A stretch of 64,000 nt of DNA. It comes from Pseudothermotoga sp. (GTDB taxonomy: Bacteria; Thermotogota; Thermotogae; Thermotogales; DSM-5069). Position 1 is the first letter of the stretch. Each line of letters starts with the position of its first letter. The notes beneath the pieces were generated by a model. The model was not told the origin of the DNA, did not search any database, and saw only the letters and a program-made list of their open reading frames with translations. The stretch lies in NCBI GenBank assembly GCA_031962025.1, contig JAVRKW010000005.1. One strand, given 5' to 3'. Below are positions 9,595 through 18,655 of this stretch, in pieces. Position numbers and translations under genes: made by a program.

Positions 9595-10732
9595 CTTGAA
9601 AAGCGTTTTCTAAATCCTGGATCAGTAGATCGGGATTTTCTAAACCTATGTGAAGTCGTATGATCTTATTTTTTTCAGTCAGACCATCTCTGTTTGTCGC
9701 CGCGTAAGGCATGACAAGACTCTCATACCCTCCCCAGCTGACGGCTCTTCTGAACACCTTCAGTGCATCTGTAAAGGCAATTATGTCTTCTAAACTCTTT
9801 GCCCTGAGTTTGATACTGAACAGACCGCTACCACCCTTCATCTGTTTTTTAGCGAGCTCGTACTGAGGATGTTTGAAATAAAATGGGTAGAATATTTCCT
9901 CAACTTCGGGAACTGTTTGAAGATATTCTATGACTTTCAAAGTGTTTTCCATGTGTTTTTGCATTCTGATGTGGATCGTACGCAAACCGCGCAACAGCAA
10001 CCATGATTCAAACGGTCCTATCGTTGCACCGATGTTCATGAACTCGGTGTTGAAAATGTGCCTTATGTCTTCTTTTCTGCCAGCCACTACCCCGGCAACC
10101 ACATCGCTGTGACCGCCGATGTATTTACTGGCTGAATGGACGATCAGATCTATCCCAAGTTCAGCGGGATTTTGAAATACCGGAGTTGCCCAGGTGTTGT
10201 CTATCACGGTTTTTATGTTGTTTTTCCTTGCAAAATCTGCAATACAAGCCAGATCTTGCAGTTGGAATGTGAAGGTTGTAGGACTTTCAAGGAAAAAGAG
10301 CTTCGTGTTGGCTTTTGTGTTTTGTGTGAAGTCCTTCAAATCCGTTCCCTCGACAAATGTGACTTCAACGCCAAACCTTTTCAGATACTGTGAAAAGAGT
10401 TTATTTGTCCATCCGTAGGCATCCTTTACACAGATCACGTGGTCGTTGCTTTTCAAAAACGCCATTGTTGCTGCACTGATTGCCGCGATGCCAGAGGCAA
10501 ATAGTTTTGCATCTTCGGTTTTTTCAAGCGCTGCGATTTTTCTTTCCAGCACTTCAACCGTTGGATTCTTTCCCCTGCTGTAAAGATGTGCTTCGAACTC
10601 GTTCAATAGTGAGCTTTGAAATTCTTCAAAATTTTTGAAAGAAAAGATGGATGTTTCGTATATTGGCACACTGACAGGACTGTATGAAAAACCTTCCTCT
10701 GCGTAACTGTGGAGAATCTGAGTTATATCCAT
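9572..10732 (-). CDS. Trans-sulfuration PLP enzyme (cystathionine gamma-synthase/beta-lyase/Met gamma-lyase family)
   Basis: YSRGKNPT, FASGIAAIS, DNTWATP, HSASKYIGGHSD, VSWGGYESL, IRLHIGLE. Confidence 0.9.
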   Translation of the reverse strand: MDITQILHSYAEEGFSYSPVSVPIYETSIFSFKNFEEFQSSLLNEFEAHLYSRGKNPTVEVLERKIAALEKTEDAKLFASGIAAISAATMAFLKSNDHVICVKDAYGWTNKLFSQYLKRFGVEVTFVEGTDLKDFTQNTKANTKLFFLESPTTFTFQLQDLACIADFARKNNIKTVIDNTWATPVFQNPAELGIDLIVHSASKYIGGHSDVVAGVVAGRKEDIRHIFNTEFMNIGATIGPFESWLLLRGLRTIHIRMQKHMENTLKVIEYLQTVPEVEEIFYPFYFKHPQYELAKKQMKGGSGLFSIKLRAKSLEDIIAFTDALKVFRRAVSWGGYESLVMPYAATNRDGLTEKNKIIRLHIGLENPDLLIQDLENAFQAMRKAKP

Positions 10733-10747
10733 GTAGTTTTCCTCCTC

Positions 10748-11575
10748 TCATTCCTTTACTGCGCCTTGTGTCAATCCCTGGACAATGTATTTTTGAGCGA
10801 AGGCGAAGATCAGCATAGCGGGCAGCAGAGCAATCAATACTCCTGCAGCCATGGCACCCCAATCTATATCTGCCTTGCCGACAAAAGAATTCAAACCGAC
10901 GGGAATGGTTTTTTTAGACTCACTGTTCAACAACATAATCGCAAGGAACAATTCGTTCCAGCAATTCACAAAAGCAAAACAAAAGGTTGCCGCAAGACCA
11001 GGTGCAGTAACCGGGAAGACCACTTTGAAAAGCATCTGGAGTTTTCTGCATCCATCTATCAAAGCGGCTTCTTCAATGCTCTCTGGTATCCTCTGGAAAA
11101 AGCCTTTCATCATAATCGATGAAAAAGGCACCATCATGCCACTATAGAGAAAAATCAGCACAAGGAGATTGTCAACCAAACCTAACGGTCCAAACATAAC
11201 GTATATCGAGGACATGAGCATGAAACCCGGGATGATTTGCGTCATGAACAAAAGAAAAAACAGCAATTTGTTGGTCGAAAACTGTTTTCTTGCCAGCACA
11301 TATCCACTAAAAGAAGCAACGATCAAAGCCACCAATGCTGAAAGCAGTGAAACGATGGTGCTGTTGAGAATGTATTTTGCAAAATTCAAAGATCTCAAAA
11401 GGTATTTATAATTATCAAAAGTGATGTGTCTTGGCCAGTAGGTTACAGGATAAGTGTACATTTCCGTTGGACCTTTAAGTGAAGTGATAAGAGTCCAGTA
11501 AAGTGGAAAGATCGCACACACTAAGAAGATACCCAAGGCTATTACCTTTAAAACAGCAATCAGTCTTTTCATCAA
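10748..11575 (-). CDS. Carbohydrate ABC transporter permease (MalG-like)
   Basis: EAA loop IEEAALIDGC, WNELF, multiple TM segments. Confidence 0.92.
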   Translation of the reverse strand: MMKRLIAVLKVIALGIFLVCAIFPLYWTLITSLKGPTEMYTYPVTYWPRHITFDNYKYLLRSLNFAKYILNSTIVSLLSALVALIVASFSGYVLARKQFSTNKLLFFLLFMTQIIPGFMLMSSIYVMFGPLGLVDNLLVLIFLYSGMMVPFSSIMMKGFFQRIPESIEEAALIDGCRKLQMLFKVVFPVTAPGLAATFCFAFVNCWNELFLAIMLLNSESKKTIPVGLNSFVGKADIDWGAMAAGVLIALLPAMLIFAFAQKYIVQGLTQGAVKE

Positions 11576-12444
11576 AACCCACCCTCAACACGACTGAATT
11601 TCAGATAAAAGTATGAATAAATTACAAGGATTAGCATTATGATGACACCAATTGCACTAGCTACACCGTAGTTGTATTCGTTGTAAACTTTACTTATTAA
11701 AAGAGTGGAGAGGATGTGTGAACTACCAGCAGGTCCGCCATTTGTCATCGAAAAAATGATGTCTGGAAAATTGACGATCCAGATAAATCTGATCAGCAAT
11801 GTATTTATCATCACCGGTTTCACATACGGGATGGTTATGCTGGCAAATTGTCTGAGTGCATTTGCTCCGTCTATTTTAGCTGCCTCATACAATTCCTGTG
11901 GTACAGACTGAAGGGCAGCAAGTAGCATGATGGCAAAAAATGGTATTCCATACCATACATTCGCAACAATGGCTGAATACAACGCATAATGTGGATCTGA
12001 AAGAAATGCAATTCTTTCCTTTATCAGACCAGCCTTCAAAAGAAGATCATTTATCACACCAGCAGAACCATGAAACATCCACCGCCATTGAAGACCTATG
12101 ACAAAGCCAGAAACAGCCCAGGGATAAAAAACAAGCGCTGTGTATATACCTCTACCTCTGAAAGGTTTTCTCAACAGCAAAGCTAATGAAAAACCGAGTG
12201 TAAACTGCAAAACAAGTGAAAGTAAAACCCAGACCACGGTGTTCTGCAGTGCTTGAATAAAAATTGGATCTTCAAAAGCATCGATGAAATTTTTAAAACC
12301 AACGAATTTTTTTGTCAGTAAGTACATATTGTAATCCTGAAAAGCCATGAAGACTGATCTAATTGCTGGCAGAAAAATCACAAATACTATAAACAGTAAG
12401 CTCGGTAAGATCATGAAAAAGATGAATTTTCTATCCTTAGCCAT
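11572..12444 (-). CDS. Carbohydrate ABC transporter permease (MalF-like)
   Basis: FVGFKNF, LQSVPQELYEAAKIDGA, MTNGGP. Confidence 0.92.
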   Translation of the reverse strand: MAKDRKFIFFMILPSLLFIVFVIFLPAIRSVFMAFQDYNMYLLTKKFVGFKNFIDAFEDPIFIQALQNTVVWVLLSLVLQFTLGFSLALLLRKPFRGRGIYTALVFYPWAVSGFVIGLQWRWMFHGSAGVINDLLLKAGLIKERIAFLSDPHYALYSAIVANVWYGIPFFAIMLLAALQSVPQELYEAAKIDGANALRQFASITIPYVKPVMINTLLIRFIWIVNFPDIIFSMTNGGPAGSSHILSTLLISKVYNEYNYGVASAIGVIIMLILVIYSYFYLKFSRVEGGF

Positions 12445-12462
12445 CGAATATTTCTCTCCTCA

Positions 12463-12487
12463 AAATGGGGGCAGACAGCCCCCATTT
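12463..12487. terminator. Intergenic stem-loop after the binding-protein gene (mRNA stabiliser or partial terminator)
   Basis: AAATGGGGGC-agaca-GCCCCCATTT perfect 10-bp stem. Confidence 0.6.
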
Positions 12488-12490
12488 AAA

Positions 12491-13756
12491 TCACTTTATA
12501 CCATATTCCTTTTTCCAGAAGTCAGCCCATTCTTTTACCGCTTGGTACAAATCTTTCTTTCCCAGGATGATGTTCTGTATATCGTTCTTGTGCTTTTCCG
12601 CGTATGCCGGAAAACCTGACATATGTACAGGTCTTTCGTAAAAGACGTATTTATCAGGGTTGGTGAGTTCTTCGTACCATGCTCTGTAAGGACCTGTTGA
12701 ATAATACGGATCTGCAAAAGCTGATTTGCAGTTTGGGAGTGTACCGTTTAACTGAGAAAACCTTGCATTTACTTCAGGGGAGGACAAAAATTTCACAAGC
12801 TCCCAAGCCTCGTTTTTATACTTTGAATAAGAAGCTATACCCCAGCCTGCATTTCCATAATCAAGATATACCTTTCCGTATGGACCAACTGGCATAGGTG
12901 CTACACCATAGAGGTTTGGATCGCCAAGTCTTCTTTCAACTATTGGGACTGTATCTGGATCCTGAATCAAGAAAGGTGTCATACCAGAAACGAACCCGTT
13001 GACCTGTTCTGCCCAACCCCAGTTCAAAGAGTCTTTTGGTGAGCAGTCGTTGTAGAGTTTTATCCACATCTTCAGACCTTCTATCGCACCGGGTGTGTCG
13101 TGGTACGGTACTCCATCTGTTGTCAAATAACCTCTATCTGGTCTTGGGTCGATATTTGGCACATAAGACATTATCACTATTTCAGAGAAAGAATGCTCGC
13201 TTGCTCCACCTCTGAAAGCAAAGCCGTATTTTCCCTCTGATGGAGAAGTCAATTTCTTGGCATACTCGTACAATTCCTGCATCGTTTTCGGGACTGGTAT
13301 ATTGTTCTTTTCAAGGATGTCTTTTCTGTAGAACAGTGCTTTGATGAAAAAACCGTACGGGATGTAGTAAACTTTTCCTTCTACCTTTGTTGCTGCCGTT
13401 TTCGTGAGATCGAGAAGATCGTTCCAGCCATCCCATTGCTTAACAAACTCGGTGAGATCCAGTAAGTTCTTGTTGTTCACGTGAATTGCAAGGAAATTGT
13501 CGCGTACTTCAAAAACATCGACCTTTTGCTTCGTGTTAAGCATCATGATGAGTTTTTGATCGGAACTCTCATACGGTGGAGAGATCAGTTCAACTTTGAT
13601 CCCAGGGTGTGTCGCTTCAAATTCGTCAAGGATCTGCCTCAAAAGTTCAGTGCGAGCAGGACTTGTTATTGTTTCAACCATGGTGAGAGTGATTGCCCCG
13701 AAAGTCATAATTGCCATTGCTGCAATCAGCAATACTGCCAAAAAAAGCCGCTTCAT
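12491..13756 (-). CDS. Sugar ABC transporter substrate-binding protein (family 1)
   Basis: Signal peptide, FEATHPGIKVE, LFYRKDIL, AWELVKFLSSPE. Confidence 0.92.
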   Translation of the reverse strand: MKRLFLAVLLIAAMAIMTFGAITLTMVETITSPARTELLRQILDEFEATHPGIKVELISPPYESSDQKLIMMLNTKQKVDVFEVRDNFLAIHVNNKNLLDLTEFVKQWDGWNDLLDLTKTAATKVEGKVYYIPYGFFIKALFYRKDILEKNNIPVPKTMQELYEYAKKLTSPSEGKYGFAFRGGASEHSFSEIVIMSYVPNIDPRPDRGYLTTDGVPYHDTPGAIEGLKMWIKLYNDCSPKDSLNWGWAEQVNGFVSGMTPFLIQDPDTVPIVERRLGDPNLYGVAPMPVGPYGKVYLDYGNAGWGIASYSKYKNEAWELVKFLSSPEVNARFSQLNGTLPNCKSAFADPYYSTGPYRAWYEELTNPDKYVFYERPVHMSGFPAYAEKHKNDIQNIILGKKDLYQAVKEWADFWKKEYGIK

Positions 13757-13775
13757 GGTTTCACCTCCCGGTCTT

Positions 13776-13815
13776 TGGTACTATGATCATACCATGATGC
13801 CATAGATTATGTCAA
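13776..13815 (-). promoter_or_regulatory. Sigma70 promoter overlapped by a candidate FadR-type operator
   Basis: Minus strand TTGACA (13815-13810), 18 bp, TG-extended TATGAT (13791-13786); imperfect palindrome TGGTACTATGATCATACCA at 13776-13794. Confidence 0.6.
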
Positions 13816-14099
13816 ATCTGGTGATTTTTGTGCAATCAAGAGAGTTTAAGATCTGCATTTACAGCAAGATACTCAACGTTCAAGTTGTTAAAACTGCTTG
13901 GACGAATGATCATTTGTTCAACATTTTCAGCATCTTCTATAAAATAAATTGAAGTTGAAAAAGTATTCAGTTTTTGTGTAAAGAAAAAGGCAGTATTGAA
14001 GAATACTCATAGAAATAGACAAAACATTTGTGCTATCCAAGATGTGCAGCAAATAAAGAGGTTATAAAAGACATCTTTCAACAAAGAGATGAAAGATCA

Positions 14100-15095
14100 T
14101 TATAGAACTTGACTGCTTTCTCTTTCAATGAGCTCAATATCGAGGACAACCTGAACGGGTTGGGTTCGTTTTTCGATTAATCTCTCATATAAAAGATCGA
14201 AAGCGATCATACCTTCTTTGTATTTGTCAATTCTCACAGTAGTGAGAGATGGGTTAACAAATGACGCGTATGATATATCATCATAGCCAACAACTGCAAC
14301 ATCTTGAGGAACTTTTTTGTCAAGAGCTTTGAGTGCCTTAAGAGCTGCTATGGCAAAAACATCGTTGAAGCAAAACACGGCATCGTAATCCATGTCTTTG
14401 AGTTCTAATATTTTGTTGAAACACGACTCATACCCTTCTTCTATCTGTACCATAAAATAAGGTTGCAGTCCGGATTCTTCCAGCGCCTTTTTATAACCAA
14501 GATATCTCATTTTCGCCACAGATTTGTACATATAGGCATTTATCATCAAAATCCTTTGCCTTCCTTTTTCAATCAAGTGCTTAGTGGCTAAATAACCACC
14601 TTTCAAATCGTCCGAGTAAACTTCATCAAATTGTGAGTTTTCGAAATGAACCCCCAGTACTACAAAAGGGTAATTTAAATTGATCAAATGTTCGATATCT
14701 TTCCTATCAAATTGAGTTGGAGAAATTATTATTCCATCTACTCGCTTTTCTATGAGAGTCTCAACTGCCTGAATCTCTCTTATGTAATCTTTTTCGGTGT
14801 TCATCAATATAACCTGATAACCATACTTTCTTGCCTGGTGTTCCACGCCTTTAAAAACTTCCGCGTAAAACGGGTTTGAACTGTCTTCAAAAACAACTCC
14901 AATGGTTTTCGTCACACCGTTTTTCAGTGATAGAGCACTCAGGTCTTTTATATAGCCAAGTTCCTTGGCTATTTCTAGGATTTTTTTCTTTGTCTGTGGG
15001 CTTATATCAGGCTTGTCGTTGAGAGCTCGGGAAACTGTGTTAACAGACACACCGGCTTTTATGGCAATATCTTTTATTGTGACAAATTTTTTCAC
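14100..15095 (-). CDS. LacI-family transcriptional regulator
   Basis: TIKDIAIKAGVSVNTVSRALN HTH; FCFND, VVGYDD, LTTV, LIERES. Confidence 0.95.
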   Translation of the reverse strand: MKKFVTIKDIAIKAGVSVNTVSRALNDKPDISPQTKKKILEIAKELGYIKDLSALSLKNGVTKTIGVVFEDSSNPFYAEVFKGVEHQARKYGYQVILMNTEKDYIREIQAVETLIEKRVDGIIISPTQFDRKDIEHLINLNYPFVVLGVHFENSQFDEVYSDDLKGGYLATKHLIEKGRQRILMINAYMYKSVAKMRYLGYKKALEESGLQPYFMVQIEEGYESCFNKILELKDMDYDAVFCFNDVFAIAALKALKALDKKVPQDVAVVGYDDISYASFVNPSLTTVRIDKYKEGMIAFDLLYERLIEKRTQPVQVVLDIELIERESSQVL

Positions 15096-15119
15096 TTGAG
15101 AACCTCCTTGAAAGCTATT

Positions 15120-15950
15120 CTACTCTTTTACACTTCCCAAGGTTAAGCCTTCTATGAAATATCTTTGAAATAAAAGAAATACACCGATCGGGACAACAGC
15201 AGCCAGAAGAGCGCCAGCGGCTATAACATTCCAACTGGAGATCCACTGACCTTGCAGTGCGGTTAATCCGAGGGTGACCGTTTTTTTACTATCGCTCTGA
15301 ATGAGTATGAGTGACCACAGATAATCGTTCCATATCCAGGTGAACTCCAAAATTGACAAAGCGGCTATTGCAGGCTTAACAAGTGGCATGATTATCCTTG
15401 AGTATATCCTGAAGGCATTTGCACCATCTATTCTGGCAGCCTCAAATATACTCACCGGGATAGTTATCATGAAATTTCTGAGAAAGAATGTGCAAAAACC
15501 TATCTGAAAAGCCGCATGAAAGAGTATCAACCCCCATAGAGTATCGTAAAGTCCCGTAGACACAGAGAATTTGTACACAGGTATCAAAAGCATCTGAAAA
15601 GGTATAAGCATCCCTGCAACAAAAATCAAAAGAATAGCAGTCCTCAGTTTGAATTTATACCACGACAGGGCAAATGCACTCAAACTTGATAAAAACAGAG
15701 TCAAAATCACTGACGCTGCTGTTACAAAAAAAGTGTTTATAAAATACCTTCCCATATTTCCTTCAATCCAGGCTGTTTTGAAATTGTCAAAAGTCCAAGA
15801 TTTTGGAACAGACCAAAAATTTCTGAGCATGAATATCTCATCCATTGTTTTAAACCCAGTGAAAATGGCTACTAAGAAAGGAATCAACCACAAAACAACG
15901 ATGAAAGTTGAGAAGACATAAAAGATTACAGCTTTGACAGATTTCTTCAC
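15120..15950 (-). CDS. Carbohydrate ABC transporter permease (MalG-like)
   Basis: IFEAARIDGA, WNDYLW, QRYFIEGLTLGSVK. Confidence 0.92.
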   Translation of the reverse strand: MKKSVKAVIFYVFSTFIVVLWLIPFLVAIFTGFKTMDEIFMLRNFWSVPKSWTFDNFKTAWIEGNMGRYFINTFFVTAASVILTLFLSSLSAFALSWYKFKLRTAILLIFVAGMLIPFQMLLIPVYKFSVSTGLYDTLWGLILFHAAFQIGFCTFFLRNFMITIPVSIFEAARIDGANAFRIYSRIIMPLVKPAIAALSILEFTWIWNDYLWSLILIQSDSKKTVTLGLTALQGQWISSWNVIAAGALLAAVVPIGVFLLFQRYFIEGLTLGSVKE

Positions 15951-16816
15951 TGGTGTTCCTCCCTTTTGAGAACATTTATCAAATACAAGAGGATAAAACC
16001 AAGCGTTATGAAAAACTGAACCACCGCTATAGATGCTCCATAGCCCATCCTGTAGTTGTGAAAAGCCTGGATATACATGTAATTAGCCATCACACTTGAA
16101 GAATAATAAGGACCACCGCGTGTCATGACGAAAACTATATCAAATGATCTCAACGAATCTATGATGTTAACAGTCACAGCGATAATTAATGCCGGTCTCA
16201 ACGCCGGTAATATAACATACCAGAATCTTTGAAAAGCATTTGCACCATCAACGACGGCTGCCTCAACCAATTCGCTCGAGACGTTTTTCAATCCCGCTAA
16301 AAACAGGACCATCGCGTAAGGTATCTGTCTCCACAAAGCGGCAGCTATAAGTGAGTAAGTCACGATTTTTGGATCACTCAACCACGGTTTTGCCAGTTTA
16401 CTCAAACCGATGAAATTCAAAAATGCGTTGACAACACCACCGGTTGGTTCTAACACCCAGGACCATATCTGACCAATAACAACAAAAGACAGAGCCATCG
16501 GTAGATAAACAAGAGATTTGAATATTTTATGCCCGGCGAACTTCTGATCCATCAGGATAGCAAAAAGCAGTCCCAGTGGTATAGAAAGAATAACAAAACC
16601 TACCATCCACTTTATGTTGTTCAAAAGCGACAAACCAAAATATTTATCATTGACAAGCCTTTTGAAGTTTTCTAAACCGACAAATCTCATCTGTGTCATG
16701 CCGTCCCATTTGGTGAAGGAAACTACGAAAGTCTGTAAAATGGGAAAGATAACCCAGATGGAATACATCAAAAATGGTACTGCGAGGAATAAATATGGCG
16801 TGATACTTTTTCGCAT
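15947..16816 (-). CDS. Carbohydrate ABC transporter permease (MalF-like)
   Basis: FVGLENF, ELVEAAVVDGA, VMTRGGP; start placed at MRKS after GGAGG. Confidence 0.92.
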   Translation of the reverse strand: MRKSITPYLFLAVPFLMYSIWVIFPILQTFVVSFTKWDGMTQMRFVGLENFKRLVNDKYFGLSLLNNIKWMVGFVILSIPLGLLFAILMDQKFAGHKIFKSLVYLPMALSFVVIGQIWSWVLEPTGGVVNAFLNFIGLSKLAKPWLSDPKIVTYSLIAAALWRQIPYAMVLFLAGLKNVSSELVEAAVVDGANAFQRFWYVILPALRPALIIAVTVNIIDSLRSFDIVFVMTRGGPYYSSSVMANYMYIQAFHNYRMGYGASIAVVQFFITLGFILLYLINVLKREEHQ

Positions 16817-16832
16817 CACATACCTCCAGAAA

Positions 16833-16855
16833 ACCCGTGGGGAGCTCCCACGGGT
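16833..16855. terminator. Intergenic stem-loop after the ancestral stop of the binding-protein gene
   Basis: ACCCGTGGG-gagct-CCCACGGGT perfect 9-bp stem. Confidence 0.6.
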
Positions 16856-16871
16856 AATGTCATTTGATTCC

Positions 16872-17140
16872 TTGACCTCCTCCCAATCCCCTAAATGGGA
16901 TAGGATTCCCATTAAGGAGATTAGGCTTCCCGTTTCAACATGGTGTGACTTACCAGGATATAGGGATTACCCCTAAATATCTTGGCAGTGGTCTCCCACT
17001 CCACGGGCTTTAATTCGGACCGGTCCAGCCCTACTGCTTTTAACATGTTACTACTTTTATTATACACATTCATCACCAGAATAACTTAAGCCATTCATCA
17101 CAATCCCATAAATGGGATGTGCTTTCTGGCTTGTTTTTTT
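16872..17140 (-). mobile_element. Non-autonomous IS200/IS605-family element, copy 2, inserted in the last codons of an ABC binding-protein gene
   Basis: 267/269 identical to 30..298; follows TTAC (17141-17144); removing it restores ...ATT TAC|GGA ATC AAA TGA; no target-site duplication. Confidence 0.9.
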
Positions 17141-18358
17141 GTAAATTCTCTTTCTCTCAGCTTCCAAATTATTGAGAATAGAATTTATCTTGCCTGGATT
17201 TTGTAGAAATTCTATAAATGCGTTCATTCCAACTTCAGCCATCTCTGGATTGGTATCTCTGTCGTAAAATTGCGAAACGCCTGCAGAAGCAAGTATCATG
17301 TCAAGCCCTTTTCTGGCATGCTCATCAGGTGGAGCAACTTCAACATTTGCAGCAAGCCTTCCAAGATCCTTGGCAAATTTCTCTTGTGCTTCCTTAGAAG
17401 CAATGAATTTCAAAAATTCTATTGCACCTTTTTTGTTTGGAGCATTGGCTGGAATCATGAAGCCATCAATAGGTGTTTCTTCATAAAGTGGCACGGAAGG
17501 ATCGATAATAGGAAATCTGAAAAAGTCAAGATCATTTTTCACTTCTTCTGGTGCTACGTCTTTTATGAATTGCCCCATGTAGTACATACCTGCTTGACCT
17601 CTGAAAAGAAAAGTGGCACCTTCCTGCCATTCATAAGATGTGTGATTGGGCAGTAAATAACCATTATCCACAAGCTTTTTCCAGTATTCGAACACTTTTG
17701 CAAGTTTTGGATCATTGTACGGGACTTTACCAGCTGTAAGATCAATGTGATAATCAAGACCGTTGATTCTCAGGTTCAAGATATCAAACCAGCCAGCCGC
17801 AGTCCATGGGAATTTGCTGCCAATTGCAATTGGTACTATTCCATTTTTCTTCAAGGTTTCGCAAACCTGCAGAAATTCGTCCCATGTTTTGGGTTCTTTT
17901 ATGCCATATTTTTCAAAGACAGACTTTCTGTAATAAACTCCCCACCAGTACCAGCTTTGAGGTATAAAGTAGATCTTACCGTTGTAAGAGCAAGTGCTTT
18001 TGAAAGAAGCAGGAAAATAATTTTCCCAAGACGATCCTGCAAACACTTCTTCTACAGGTGCGATCAAGTTCATTTCAGCGAAATACCTCATACGCTCACC
18101 GGCAAACCACGTTACTACGTCAGCTGTTCCTTTCGGAGCGGCAAGCCATGTTCTCAAAAGCGTCTTGAAGTCTTCGTGGGCAAAAGTGTTCACAGTAACT
18201 TCGTACTCTGGGTATTTTTCCTGGAAGATCTTTACAAGCTCAGCGAAAGCTTTTCTTGGAGCGGGGTCTGACATATAGCTGTTGATGACTATTTTTTCTT
18301 TTGCAAAAGCAAAAAGTGCGAATGATGCCAGAAGCAGGAAAATCAAAACTCTTTTCAC
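17060..18358 (-). CDS. Sugar ABC transporter substrate-binding protein (C-terminus replaced by element-derived sequence)
   Basis: GTG start after GGAGGTG; signal peptide; EPKTWDEFL; the last 26 aa are read from the inserted element. Confidence 0.9.
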   Translation of the reverse strand: MKRVLIFLLLASFALFAFAKEKIVINSYMSDPAPRKAFAELVKIFQEKYPEYEVTVNTFAHEDFKTLLRTWLAAPKGTADVVTWFAGERMRYFAEMNLIAPVEEVFAGSSWENYFPASFKSTCSYNGKIYFIPQSWYWWGVYYRKSVFEKYGIKEPKTWDEFLQVCETLKKNGIVPIAIGSKFPWTAAGWFDILNLRINGLDYHIDLTAGKVPYNDPKLAKVFEYWKKLVDNGYLLPNHTSYEWQEGATFLFRGQAGMYYMGQFIKDVAPEEVKNDLDFFRFPIIDPSVPLYEETPIDGFMIPANAPNKKGAIEFLKFIASKEAQEKFAKDLGRLAANVEVAPPDEHARKGLDMILASAGVSQFYDRDTNPEMAEVGMNAFIEFLQNPGKINSILNNLEAERKRIYKKTSQKAHPIYGIVMNGLSYSGDECV

Positions 18359-18384
18359 CTGAAACACCTCCCCTTGATTTATAA

Positions 18385-18434
18385 CGGTAACGTTACCGAT
18401 GAATAAGATACACACCTTTTTGCATTTTTGTCAA
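18385..18434 (-). promoter_or_regulatory. LacI-type operator and sigma70 promoter of the second ABC operon
   Basis: Perfect palindrome CGGTAACGTTACCG (18385-18398) with central CG; minus strand TTGACA (18434-18429), 18 bp, TATCTT (18410-18405). Confidence 0.75.
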
Positions 18435-18655
18435 GTACTGTTATCATCTCATAAACAATCTTCTGACAGGATTATCAGTCAAAATTGGCGGATATTTGAT
18501 TGATTTTTAATATTACTCATGATTACTGCGTATTACGCTTAAAAGGACTTTGATGGTCTTTAAAGTTACTGCACCGTAAACAAAAGATGGTTTGCAAAGA
18601 TACATTAAAAGTGTAAGATTTTTAATGTACTCTCGCACAAAACACACTGATAAAG

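Noticed and set aside
30..17140. The two 269-bp copies as a composite transposon, prophage att sites or CRISPR repeats
   Set aside because: Each copy has its own complete left and right end and its own TTAC target, and copy 2 restores a clean empty site. The intervening genes are ordinary metabolic genes, and no repeat-spacer periodicity was seen anywhere in the window.
10748..18358. Absence of ATPase genes in both sugar ABC clusters
   Set aside because: Common for CUT1 systems that share an MsmX/MalK-type ATPase encoded elsewhere.
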